Origin: an uncultured Actinomycetes bacterium
GTDB taxonomy: Bacteria; Actinomycetota; Thermoleophilia; Gaiellales; Gaiellaceae
Assembly: GCA_963781435.1 (NCBI GenBank)
Contig: CAWAGR010000025.1
Location: 72,339 to 136,338 of the forward strand
Direction of reading: 5' to 3'
DNA length: 64,000 nt
Shown in pieces: positions 9,260-20,070 of this stretch. The translations under genes and the position numbers were made by a program. How positions within the stretch are numbered: the stretch's first letter is position 1; the number at the start of each line of letters is the position of its first letter. Below the pieces are notes generated by a model, which made no database searches, was not told the origin of the DNA, and was given only the letters and a program-made list of their open reading frames with translations.

Positions 9260-10990
9260 CTAGGGACCTTTCCCGCTCCGACGCCCCGGGCGGGCTTCCG
9301 CTCCCCGGCGCAGACCATCCGCCAGAGCCAGCTCGACCTTTCCCTCGCCGCGGGCGATCGACTCCACGCGCACCTCGATCGGGTCGCCCAGGCGGTACGC
9401 TCGGCCCGAGCGGCGGCCGACGAGGGCCGTGCCGGTCGCGTTCAGCTCGAAGAACTCGCCCGGTAGGCGCCGGGCCGGCAGGAAGCCCTCGAACACCTGG
9501 CCGAAGCGCGCGAACAACCCCGAGCCGATCAGGCCGACGATCTCTCCCTCCCACGCCTCCTCCCAGCCGCGCTCGCGGAGGCGGTCCTCGAGCAGCCAGG
9601 CGAGGCAGATCTCGTCGGCCAGGTACTCCAGCTTTGCAGCCTCGCGCTCGCGCTCCGAGGTGTGCTCGGCGAGCTCTGGCAGGTCATCCGGGGGCGGATC
9701 GTCGCCGAGGCCGAGCTCGCGCAGGAGCGCACGGTGGACGACGAGGTCCGGGTAGCGCCGGATCGGCGAGGTGAAGTGGCAGTACGCAGGGCTCGCGAGC
9801 CCGGAGTGGCCGAGGTTCCGCTGGTCGTAGCGCGCCCGCTTGAGCGCCCGCAGCACGAGGTTCGGAAAGGCCTCCTTTCCGCGGCCCGCCTGCTCGACGT
9901 AGGCGGTGACGCGGCGCGAGATCTCGCCCGCCAGCTCGGCCGCCGCCTGCGGGGAGAGCACGTCCGGCGCTGGAGGCGTCGGCACGCCGAGGTCGGTCAG
10001 TTTCGCGAGCAGGAGCGAGATCGCCTGCGGGTCGGGACGCTCGTGGACGCGATAGAGCGCCTCGAGGTTGCGCCCGGCGAGGAACGCAGCGACGTGCTCG
10101 TTCGCGAGCAGCATCAGCTCCTCCACGAGCTGGTGCGCGTACGGCTCGCCTTCCTGCCACGCATCGGCGACGCGGCCGTCTGAGAAGCGGAAGACGATCT
10201 CGGGAGTCGTCACCTCGAGCGCGCCTCGCGCAAAACGCCGCTCTCTCAGCCCCGTCGCGACCTCCCCGGCGAGCGTCAGCTGCTCGAGGATCTCGGGCGC
10301 CGCCTCGCGCCGCTGCGCCTCGCCGTAGGAAAGCCGCGCATCCGAGCGGATCAGCGAGCGATAGAAGAGCGGCTCTCCGCGCGGCGGGATCTCGACGGTG
10401 ACGCAGAGACGGTCCTGGAACGGCCGCAGCGAACAGGCGTCGTCGGCGAGCTCGGGCGGGAGCATCGGCGCGACGAGCCCCGGCACGTAGGTCGAGAACG
10501 CACGCCGCGCGGCGCCCAGGTCGAGCGGGCTCCCGGCCGGCACGAAGTAGGAGACATCGGCGATGTGCACCCAGGCGCGGATTCCGTCCGCCTCGCGGCG
10601 GAAGGAGAGCGCGTCGTCGAAGTCCTTCGCCGTCTCCGGGTCGATCGTAAGGGAGGTCAGCTCTCGGAGGTCGACGCGTCCCTCGAGGGTCGCCTCGGGA
10701 ATCGTGTGCGGCTCGAAGTCGGCGCGCGCGCCCTGCTCGACGAGCAGCGCCTCGAGCACGTTCTCGATCCGCTCCGCGGAGCCGAGCGCGCGTTCGACCC
10801 GCGCACGCCCGCGACCGGGGCGGACGATCGCCAGGTCGCCGGGCCGCAGGTCGCCGAGCCCTTTCGTGTCGAGCACGATCGGAACGCCTGGTGTGAAATA
10901 CGGCTCACCGACAACGAGCTTCCCGCGGCGCCCGACCTCAACGACGACACGATTCGAGGCGACACCATTCGGTGGGTCAGGAGCGGCCAA
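9260..10990 (-). CDS. rnr: Ribonuclease R (RNB family 3'-5' exoribonuclease)
   Basis: 576 aa. Cold-shock-like N-terminus, an RNB core (DPETAKDFDDALS...HIADVSYFV..., HSGLASPAYCHFTSPIRRYPDLVVHR), and a C-terminal S1 domain (GEIVGLIGSGLFARF...). TTG start as in the ORF track. Confidence 0.88.
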   Translation of the reverse strand: MAAPDPPNGVASNRVVVEVGRRGKLVVGEPYFTPGVPIVLDTKGLGDLRPGDLAIVRPGRGRARVERALGSAERIENVLEALLVEQGARADFEPHTIPEATLEGRVDLRELTSLTIDPETAKDFDDALSFRREADGIRAWVHIADVSYFVPAGSPLDLGAARRAFSTYVPGLVAPMLPPELADDACSLRPFQDRLCVTVEIPPRGEPLFYRSLIRSDARLSYGEAQRREAAPEILEQLTLAGEVATGLRERRFARGALEVTTPEIVFRFSDGRVADAWQEGEPYAHQLVEELMLLANEHVAAFLAGRNLEALYRVHERPDPQAISLLLAKLTDLGVPTPPAPDVLSPQAAAELAGEISRRVTAYVEQAGRGKEAFPNLVLRALKRARYDQRNLGHSGLASPAYCHFTSPIRRYPDLVVHRALLRELGLGDDPPPDDLPELAEHTSEREREAAKLEYLADEICLAWLLEDRLRERGWEEAWEGEIVGLIGSGLFARFGQVFEGFLPARRLPGEFFELNATGTALVGRRSGRAYRLGDPIEVRVESIARGEGKVELALADGLRRGAEARPGRRSGKGP

Positions 10991-11225
10991 CGCGGGAGCA
11001 GCCTACGTTCGGCGGCTCCGGCCACGTGGCTCCCTGTGGAGAGAATGTCGCACTTCTTTCGGCAAGGCGTCACACACGTGTCACGGTTTTCGTGGCACCA
11101 TCGCTGCCCCGGGGCGGGTGGGGGCTTGGGATGGGGCAACGACCCGCCTGCGCGGCTGATGCGTCGAGATCCCGGGGCCCCCGCAGATGGGATCGTCGTG
11201 AGAACCGATCCACGGCTAAGAACTC

Positions 11226-11377
11226 GTTTCAGAATGACGCTTCGCCGACGGGGTGCGATGGGTGGTGCGAGCGCAAGGACGCGGGGAGCCGCAATAGCAG
11301 CGCTATTGGGGCTCCTCGAGGACGCGGCGATCGCGCCGCCCAGCGCGGCCCGCCGGCTCAAGGCTTCATTTTGAAAC
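11226..11377. other. 152-nt imperfect palindrome; candidate rod-shaped structured RNA or palindromic element
   Basis: Closing helix 11226-11236/11367-11377 (10 WC pairs plus 1 G-U). Long helix 11244-11274/11327-11357 (24 WC, 3 G-U, 4 mismatches). Apical hairpin 11285-11315 (GGAGCC-g-CAATAGC-agc-GCTATTG-g-GGCTCC). The ends are locally AT-rich. Confidence 0.45.
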
Positions 11378-11456
11378 AAGTCTTAAAGCGAACACAGCGC
11401 CGGCAAGCGTGACGCCCGGCCGCCGCGATCGCCGGCAGCAGCAATCCGCGGCGCCT

Positions 11457-11497
11457 CCAGACCTGAGGAAGCGCCCTCTAGACCTGGAGGAAGCGCC
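11457..11497 (-). repeat. Tandem near-duplicate of the ftsX 3' terminus, including its stop codon
   Basis: 11478-11497 (ctagacctggaggaagcgcc, containing the ftsX stop) is repeated at 11457-11475 (ccagacctgaggaagcgcc) with 1 mismatch and 1 indel. Confidence 0.7.
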
Positions 11498-12386
11498 GCA
11501 GCGTCAGGCCCGAGCCGAGAGCGCCGAGCACAAGACCCACTCCGAGCAGGATCACAGCAGTGAGCGGGAACGCGAGCGCGTGCACGTCGGGTGCCGTCGA
11601 GAGCGCGTTGAGGTGGATCGCGTCCAGCGCGACTTCCTTGCCGAGGAAGAGGAAGAAGACCGCGAGCACGGCACCACCGACCCCGCAGAGCAGACCTTCG
11701 ATCATGAAGGGGCCGCGGATGAACCAGTTCGTGGCTCCGACGAGCTTCATCACCTCGATCTCACGGCGCCGCGAGAAGATCGAGAGCCGGATCGTGTTCG
11801 CGATCAGCATGGTCGCGGCCACAAGGAGGATCGCCGTCGCGATCGTGAAGATCAGCTCGATCACGTGGGCGACCCGGAGCACCGCGCCCGAGTAGCGCTT
11901 GCCGCGATCGACCCCCGCAACGCCTGGCGGAAGCGGGCGGAGGCTCTGCGCCACGTCGTCGATGAACTCGGCCTTGGTCGGCGTGATCTCGATCGAGTCC
12001 GGCAACGGGTTGTACGGCAGATCCTTCGTCAGCTCCGGATAGAGCTTCTTCATTCGCTCGAGCGCGATCTCCTTCGAGACGAACTTCCACGACTTGACCT
12101 GGGAGTTCGAGGAGAGGCTGCGCGCGACGGCGGTCTCCTGCTGGCGGGTCGCCTGCGGTTTCACCTTGAACGCGACCTTGACGATCAGCTCGCGCTTGAC
12201 GTGGTTCGACCAGGAGAGCGTCCAACTCCCGAGCGCGATGAAGAGCCCGAGCAGAAACATGCCGACGAGCACCGTCACCATCGCGGCGAACGTCGTCGAG
12301 ATGTTGGCGCCGAGGCTCCGCCACGCCTCCGACATCAGCAGCCGCAGCCTCATCTGCCCAGCAACCTCATTGCCCAGCAACCTCAT
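11478..12386 (-). CDS. ftsX: Cell-division ABC transporter permease FtsX
   Basis: [44 protein letters not shown]...FSRRREIEVMKLVGATNWFIRGPFMIEGLL. ATG at 12386 overlaps the ftsE stop (ATGA). An alternative in-frame ATG is at 12353. Confidence 0.9.
   Translation of the reverse strand: MRLLGNEVAGQMRLRLLMSEAWRSLGANISTTFAAMVTVLVGMFLLGLFIALGSWTLSWSNHVKRELIVKVAFKVKPQATRQQETAVARSLSSNSQVKSWKFVSKEIALERMKKLYPELTKDLPYNPLPDSIEITPTKAEFIDDVAQSLRPLPPGVAGVDRGKRYSGAVLRVAHVIELIFTIATAILLVAATMLIANTIRLSIFSRRREIEVMKLVGATNWFIRGPFMIEGLLCGVGGAVLAVFFLFLGKEVALDAIHLNALSTAPDVHALAFPLTAVILLGVGLVLGALGSGLTLRRFLQV
12355..12386 (-). repeat. Exact 16-bp tandem duplication at the ftsE stop / ftsX start
   Basis: tgcccagcaacctcat occurs twice (12355-12370 and 12371-12386). 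On the minus strand this is ATGAGGTTGCTGGGCA x2. Confidence 0.9.
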
Positions 12387-13168
12387 TCGCCCGTGTACCC
12401 CCCGCGCCGCTCGTCGCGGGCCAGGCGGCCCTCCTCGAGCTGGATCACGCGCTTGCGCATCTTGTCGACCATCTCGCGGTCGTGGGTCACCATCAGGATG
12501 GTCGTGCCGCTGCGATTGATCCGGTAGAGGAGCTGCATGATCCCGACGGACGTGTCCGGGTCGAGGTTGCCGGTCGGCTCGTCGCAGACGAGCAGCGGCG
12601 GGTGGTTGACGAACGCGCGCGCGATCGAGACGCGCTGCTGCTCGCCACCGGAGAGCTCGTCGGGGAGCGAGTTCATCTTGTGCGAGAGGCCGACCATCGC
12701 CAGCACCTCCGGCACCTTGCGCCGGATCGACGCGCGGCCCTCGCCCTGCACCTTGAGCGCGTAGGCGACGTTCTCGGCCGCGGTACGGGTCGGCAGCAGC
12801 TTGAAGTCCTGGAAGACGCAGCCGATGTTGCGGCGCAGCATCGGCACTTTCGAGCGCTTCAGCCGTGAGAGGTCGCGGCCACCGACGACGATCTTCCCGG
12901 AGGTCGCGTCGAGCTCCTTGAGCAGCAGGCGCACCAGCGTCGACTTGCCGGAGCCCGAGGCGCCGACGACGAACACGAACTCGCCCTTGTCGATGTGGAA
13001 CGTCACGTCGCGCAGGGCGACGACGTCGGGCTCGTAGACCTTCCTCACCGACTCGAAGACGATCATCGAGCCGGCGCTGGTCGTCAGCGCGGATGCCTGG
13101 GCCAGCGGCTCGGCGAGGGCCGTCCCGGCGGTGGGTGTGAAGTCGGGTTCCTGCACTGGTTCCTGCAC
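12383..13168 (-). CDS. ftsE: Cell-division ATP-binding protein FtsE
   Basis: [13 protein letters not shown]...[10 protein letters not shown] (Walker A)...[14 protein letters not shown] (signature)...[12 protein letters not shown] (Walker B). The canonical-looking start MIVFESV is the ATG at 13066. The longer ORF starts at GTG 13168, and its extension has coding-like GC3. Confidence 0.9.
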   Translation of the reverse strand: MQEPVQEPDFTPTAGTALAEPLAQASALTTSAGSMIVFESVRKVYEPDVVALRDVTFHIDKGEFVFVVGASGSGKSTLVRLLLKELDATSGKIVVGGRDLSRLKRSKVPMLRRNIGCVFQDFKLLPTRTAAENVAYALKVQGEGRASIRRKVPEVLAMVGLSHKMNSLPDELSGGEQQRVSIARAFVNHPPLLVCDEPTGNLDPDTSVGIMQLLYRINRSGTTILMVTHDREMVDKMRKRVIQLEEGRLARDERRGGYTGE

Positions 13169-13169
13169 T
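13146..13169 (-). repeat. Exact 12-bp tandem duplication carrying two in-frame GTG codons at the 5' end of the ftsE ORF
   Basis: ggttcctgcact x2; on the minus strand GTGCAGGAACC(A/C) x2 encodes VQEP-VQEP. Confidence 0.85.
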
Positions 13170-13240
13170 GGGACTTTCTGACGACGCGCGGCTACCGGGC
13201 GCGTCTGGTGCCAAGGGGTTGGGAGAGTTTACCCGACGAG

Positions 13241-14348
13241 CTAAACGACCTTCCCGGCAGCCTTCGCCAGTAGGTATTCGTGGATGAACGGATCGAGGTT
13301 CCCGTCGAGCACGCTCTGGGCATTCCCGACCTCGTGACCCGTGCGGCTGTCTTTGACGAGCTGATACGGATGGAGCACATAGCTGCGGATGGACTCGCCG
13401 CCGAACCCGGTGTTCGCGGCGCCACCTCGCTCTTTCGCCATCGTCGCCTCGCGCTCCTCCTCGGCCCGCTCCACGAGCCGCGCCTTCAGTACCCGCATCG
13501 CCGTTTGCTTGTTCGCCGACTGCGAACGCTCGTTCTGGCACTGCACGACGATTCCGGACGGGAGATGCGTGATCCGGACGGCGCTGTCGGTCTTGTTGAC
13601 GTGCTGGCCCCCCGCGCCCTGAGCGCGGTAGGTGTCGATCTTCAGGTCGCCGTCGTCGATCCCGACCTGGGTGTCGTCCGGAAGGAGCGGTGCGACGATC
13701 ACGGTCGCGAACGCGGTATGGCGCCGGTGGGCGCCGTCGAATGGGGACTGACGGACGAGGCGGTGCTTGCCGCGCTCGGCCTTGAGGATCCCGTAGGCGT
13801 TCTCACCGCCGATCGTGAACGTGGCGCTCTTCAAGCCCGCCTCCTCCCCCGGGCTCGCCTCGAGCAGATCCACCTTGAAGCCGCGCCCGGCCGCCCAGCG
13901 CTCGTACATCCGCAGCATCATCTCCGCCCAGTCCTGCGCGTCGGTGCCGCCGGTGCCGGACTGCAGCGTCACCACCGCGTCGCCCGCGTCGTACTCACCC
14001 TCGAAGAGCGCCGCCTCCTGGAGCCGGCCGAGCTCCTGGCGCAGCGGGATGATCGACGCCTCGATCTCGGCCGCCATCTCGGGATCGAGCTCGAGCAGGC
14101 TCGCCGCGTCCTCGTACTCGGCGCTGAGCCGTGCGTACATCCCGAGCCGCTTCGCGACGCGGGCGTGCTCGGTGGAGATCTTCTGCGCGCGCTCCTGGTC
14201 GGACCAGAAGCCGGGTTCGCTCAGCGCCTGCTCGAGCTCGGCGAGACGGCGCTCCAGGGCAGGTGGGTCAAAGGTAATCACGGACCCAGCTGAGCTGGAC
14301 CCCGATTTCGTCGAGCTGCTCCTGGAGAGTGCCTTCCGCCTCGGCCAT
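13241..14348 (-). CDS. prfB: Peptide chain release factor 2 (needs programmed +1 frameshift)
   Basis: Frame 0 reads MAEAEGTLQEQLDEIGVQLSWVRDYL-TGA. Frame +1 continues DPPALERRLAELEQALSEPGFW...SPFD...[18 protein letters not shown]. Confidence 0.93.
14268..14273 (-). promoter_or_regulatory. prfB: RF2 autoregulatory +1 frameshift site CTT TGA C
   Basis: Minus strand reads ...GAT TAC CTT TGA CCC ACC...; this is the canonical CUU-UGA-C slippery/stop context after codon 26. Confidence 0.9.
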
Positions 14349-14488
14349 GCGTCGATCCTAGCCGCGCGCGGCCCTCTCGACGGGCGTTCGGCTGGAGAAG
14401 GCCCGACGAACCGAGGTGCGCGACGACGCGACGGAGCCGAAGGGCTCGGCGCCCGTGAAGGCGCCGATGCCTTGGGGCGGACGCCTGC

Positions 14489-14518
14489 GGAAAAGACGGC
14501 AACGTCTGGGCGGCCGTC
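14489..14518 (-). terminator. Terminator-like hairpin after secA
   Basis: Minus strand reads GACGGC-12 nt-GCCGTC followed by TTTTCC, about 30 nt downstream of the secA stop. Confidence 0.4.
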
Positions 14519-14546
14519 CGGCCGAAGAGCCGCGTTTCGGGCGCCG

Positions 14547-17258
<2,712 letters not shown>

Positions 17259-17339
17259 CGCGACAGGGTATCCGCTGAGGCTCGACGGACGGTTCGCACA
17301 GGGTTCGTGGTCTACGAACAGCCCGGGGTCGTGATCTGG

Positions 17340-17867
17340 TTAGAGCGGTTCGACCTCGATCTCCCAGACGGCACCGTCGATCCTGCGCGCTCGGACGACG
17401 TGTCCCGGCCGTTCGAGCGCCGCGATCGTGCCGAAGGAGCGCTCCCCGTCGATCGCGAGTGTCCGATCGCTCCCGTGCGAGACGAGCTCGATCTCCTCGC
17501 CTGCGATCCCGGTCAGCTCCACGACCTCGATCGCGTTCGCCGCGACCGCCCAGAGGCCGCGCTCGCGCCGCACCGCCTCCGCACGGTACGGCCGCGGCAG
17601 CTCAGCGTCGACCGCAGCCGCCAGCGGCTCGAGGCGCTCGGGGCCTTCCTCGACCACGAGGCGCCCGTCCGGGAGCGCCACGAAGAGCGCCCGCTCGCCC
17701 TCGACCCCCGTCGCTTCGACGGTCACGACGGCGTCCCACTGGCGCGCACGCTGGACACCGTGAATGCCCGCGATGTCCCACGGCCCGCGCGGTGCGTCGT
17801 CGTCGCCGAACGGCACGGTGTCTCCGCTCGCGAGCCGGGCGTGCACCGACTCGCGTCCGTGGAGCAC
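17340..17867 (-). CDS. Hypothetical protein (175 aa) between hpf and secA
   Basis: Open frame with coding-like composition starting at GTG 17867, 3 nt after the hpf stop. No motif I recognise (VLHGRESVHARLASGDTVPFGDDD...RRIDGAVWEIEVEPL). Confidence 0.5.
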   Translation of the reverse strand: MLHGRESVHARLASGDTVPFGDDDAPRGPWDIAGIHGVQRARQWDAVVTVEATGVEGERALFVALPDGRLVVEEGPERLEPLAAAVDAELPRPYRAEAVRRERGLWAVAANAIEVVELTGIAGEEIELVSHGSDRTLAIDGERSFGTIAALERPGHVVRARRIDGAVWEIEVEPL

Positions 17868-17869
17868 GC

Positions 17870-18202
17870 TTACTCGCCGTGGTGAGGCACACGCCGCCGA
17901 GGCTCCTGGGTCCGCTTCTCGCGGTAGCGCTTCACCTGCCGCTCCAGGTTCTCCACGAGCTGGTCGATCGACGCCCGGATCTCGTGCGACGCCTCGCGGG
18001 CCCGCAACGTCGGCCCTTTGGTGAAGATCGTCCCCTCGGCCACGTGACTCGCCTGGATCGACGGGTTCTTCTCCTCCGAAAGCTCGAGCTCCACCTGCGT
18101 CTGCTCGGCGAGCTGCTTGTCGAGCTTCGCAAGCTTCGACTCGACGTACTCGCGCAGAGAGGGAGTGATCTCGACGTTCGTGCCCTTCACCTGAAGTCGC
18201 AT
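17870..18202 (-). CDS. hpf: Ribosome hibernation factor, short HPF/RaiA type (S30AE domain only)
   Basis: MRLQVKGTNVEITPSLREYVESKLAKLDKQL...HVAEGTIFTKGPTLRAREASHEIRASIDQLVENLERQVKRYREK. AAGGAGG RBS precedes the ATG at 18202. Confidence 0.85.
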   Translation of the reverse strand: MRLQVKGTNVEITPSLREYVESKLAKLDKQLAEQTQVELELSEEKNPSIQASHVAEGTIFTKGPTLRAREASHEIRASIDQLVENLERQVKRYREKRTQEPRRRVPHHGE

Positions 18203-18319
18203 ACGTCCTCCTTGGTGGTCGCCAAGCCGTCTTTCTGAGCTTAGACGATCGCTGCTGTGACCCAACGCGCCGGCAGGCGAGCGACTCGCCGCGGAGGGGC
18301 GGTGCCGTTGCCGACCGGG

Positions 18320-19198
18320 CTACCGAACGGCCCGAGCGAACGTGACCACGTGCACGGTCCGGACGCCCGAAGCGCGGAGGGCGGATGCCGCAGCCGCGAC
18401 GGTCGCGCCCGTCGTGTAGACGTCGTCGACGAGCAGCACCGTCGCGGGAGAGCCTGTGCCGCCGAGACCCGTGCCGCCGAGACCCGTACCGCCGAGACCC
18501 GTACCGCCGAGACCCGTCCGCCGAGACCCGTGCCGCCGAGACCCGTGCGGGCGATCTCCGAGCGAGCGATGAAAGCACCGCGGACGTTTCGGCGCCGTTC
18601 GCGCAGGGTCAGCCCTGCTTGCCGGGCGACCGGGCGCGTCCGTTCGAGCATTGGTACCGCCTCGAGGGCCCAGCGAGCTGCGAGCTCCCGGGCGAGCTCG
18701 GCCGCCGGCTGATGGCCTCGCTTCAGGCTGCGATCGCCGTCGGGCGGGATATAGGTGATGACGTCTGCCGCCGGCCGTGGCACGACCTCGGTCACGAGGT
18801 CGGCGGCTACCTGGGCGAACGGGCGGAGGCCGCGCTCCTTCCACGCGCGGACGAGCGGCCGTGCCGCAGCCGTGTACGAGACGGCGCCGCGCGCGGAGGC
18901 AAACGCGAGCCGGCGGCCCGAGCACTCGATGCAACGCGAAACCGGCCAGGAAGTCGGTGCGCCGCACCGATCGCAGAGCGGCGCCCGGAGCAGCGTGAGC
19001 GAACGGCGGCAGGGCTCGCACACGATCCTCCCGGGCGACGCGGGCGCCCCAGAGGAAACGGTCCGAGAGCCCTGCGCGGCGTCCTGGCGCCTCGCCCCGT
19101 GCTCGTAACACGCAGGCTCGCGACGAGCGGACTGCCCCCAAGGGCCGGACCGCCCACAGGCGGCGCATCGCGGCGGAAAGAGAAGGTCGACGACCCAC
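18320..19198 (-). pseudogene. comF: ComF-family phosphoribosyltransferase; two compensating indels (CCC run 19194-19196 and repeat unit 18516-18529)
   Basis: N-terminal zinc ribbon VVDLLFPPRCAACG...CEPCRRSL...CDRCGAP...CIECSG is in one frame. The PRTase end VLLVDDVYTTGATVAAAASALRASGVRTVHVVTFARAV is in the frame that also holds GTG 19198. Removing one G from GTGGGTC would give MVVDLLFPPRC. Confidence 0.8.
18456..18549 (-). repeat. 15-bp tandem repeat (about 6.3 units) inside comF, encoding (GLGGT)n; one unit is 14 nt
   Basis: Units gt[g/a]ccgccgagaccc at 18456, 18471, 18486, 18501 and 18530. The unit at 18516-18529 is gtccgccgagaccc (one base short). Confidence 0.9.
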
Positions 19199-19302
19199 TC
19201 AGACCACGGTAGGCCGAAACCTGTGCCGTGTCTGTGTCAGCTCTGTGTCAAAATCGCGCGCCTCCTCGAGGCTGTGCGCCTACCCGAGGCGAGGCTGCGT
19301 TC

Positions 19303-20070
19303 CTACTCGAGCGTGTACTCGTCCCGCAGGGGTAACCCGACGCGTGCGCGGTACCGGTTGTCCGCCTCGAGCAACTGCGCCGGATCGCCGATGTCGAGCC
19401 AGTCCTCCGAGAACCGATAGCCGTAGACCGGCTCGCGCTCGTGGAGCCAGACGACAAAGCGACCCGGCGGATCAGGGGGGTTCCCCTCGGCGAGGTAGCG
19501 CTCGAGGAGCGCGACGTGCTCTCGGGAGAAGAGGTACGTCGCGGTCGAGACGAGATCGCTGCGCGGCTCCGAGGGCTTCTCCTCCACCCCCACGACGCGG
19601 TCGTCCTCGTCCAGCTCGACCACGCCGTAGAGCGAGGCGAGCGACGGATCGGCGAGACGGTGCACCGCGATCGCGCTCCCACCGCCTTTCCCGCGCCAGA
19701 AGCCGACGTACTCGGTGAGCGAGAACTCGAACAGGTTGTCGGCCGCGATCACGAGCAGATCGTCGCCGTCGAGCCCTCCGCGCTCGATCGCGAATGCGAT
19801 GTCGCCGAGGGCGCCGAGGCGGTCCTCGTTCGAGCTCGTGCCGTCGTCGTGGACGGCGATCTCACGGCCCGACGCCCAGCGCTCGAACTCGGGCGCGTGG
19901 CGGGCGTTCGTCACCACGTCGACCCGTTCGAGCTCGCCGAGCTCCTCGAGCCGGTCGACGATCCAGTCGATCATCGGCCGACCGCCGACCGGGAGCAACG
20001 GCTTCGCGACGGTGTCCGTGAGCGGCCGCAGCCGAGTCGCGTAGCCGGCCGCCAGCAGCAGCGCCTTCAC
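19303..20070 (-). CDS. Sugar-1-phosphate nucleotidyltransferase-like protein (NTP_transferase fold)
   Basis: [36 protein letters not shown], the G-x-G-T-R-L signature. GTG 20070 overlaps the mtnA stop (GTGA). Confidence 0.8.
   Translation of the reverse strand: MKALLLAAGYATRLRPLTDTVAKPLLPVGGRPMIDWIVDRLEELGELERVDVVTNARHAPEFERWASGREIAVHDDGTSSNEDRLGALGDIAFAIERGGLDGDDLLVIAADNLFEFSLTEYVGFWRGKGGGSAIAVHRLADPSLASLYGVVELDEDDRVVGVEEKPSEPRSDLVSTATYLFSREHVALLERYLAEGNPPDPPGRFVVWLHEREPVYGYRFSEDWLDIGDPAQLLEADNRYRARVGLPLRDEYTLE

Noticed and set aside
10657-11379. A 240-aa minus-strand ORF whose N-terminus (MFQNEALSRRAALGGAIAASS) resembles a Tat signal.
   Set aside because: Most of the ORF overlaps rnr out of frame and is low-complexity. 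The non-overlapping part coincides with the long hairpin at 11226-11377, so it is more likely non-coding.
18456-18549. Regular short repeats that could be mistaken for a CRISPR array.
   Set aside because: The units are contiguous 15-mers with no spacers, they lie inside the comF coding sequence and translate to GLGGT repeats. No cas genes are in the window.
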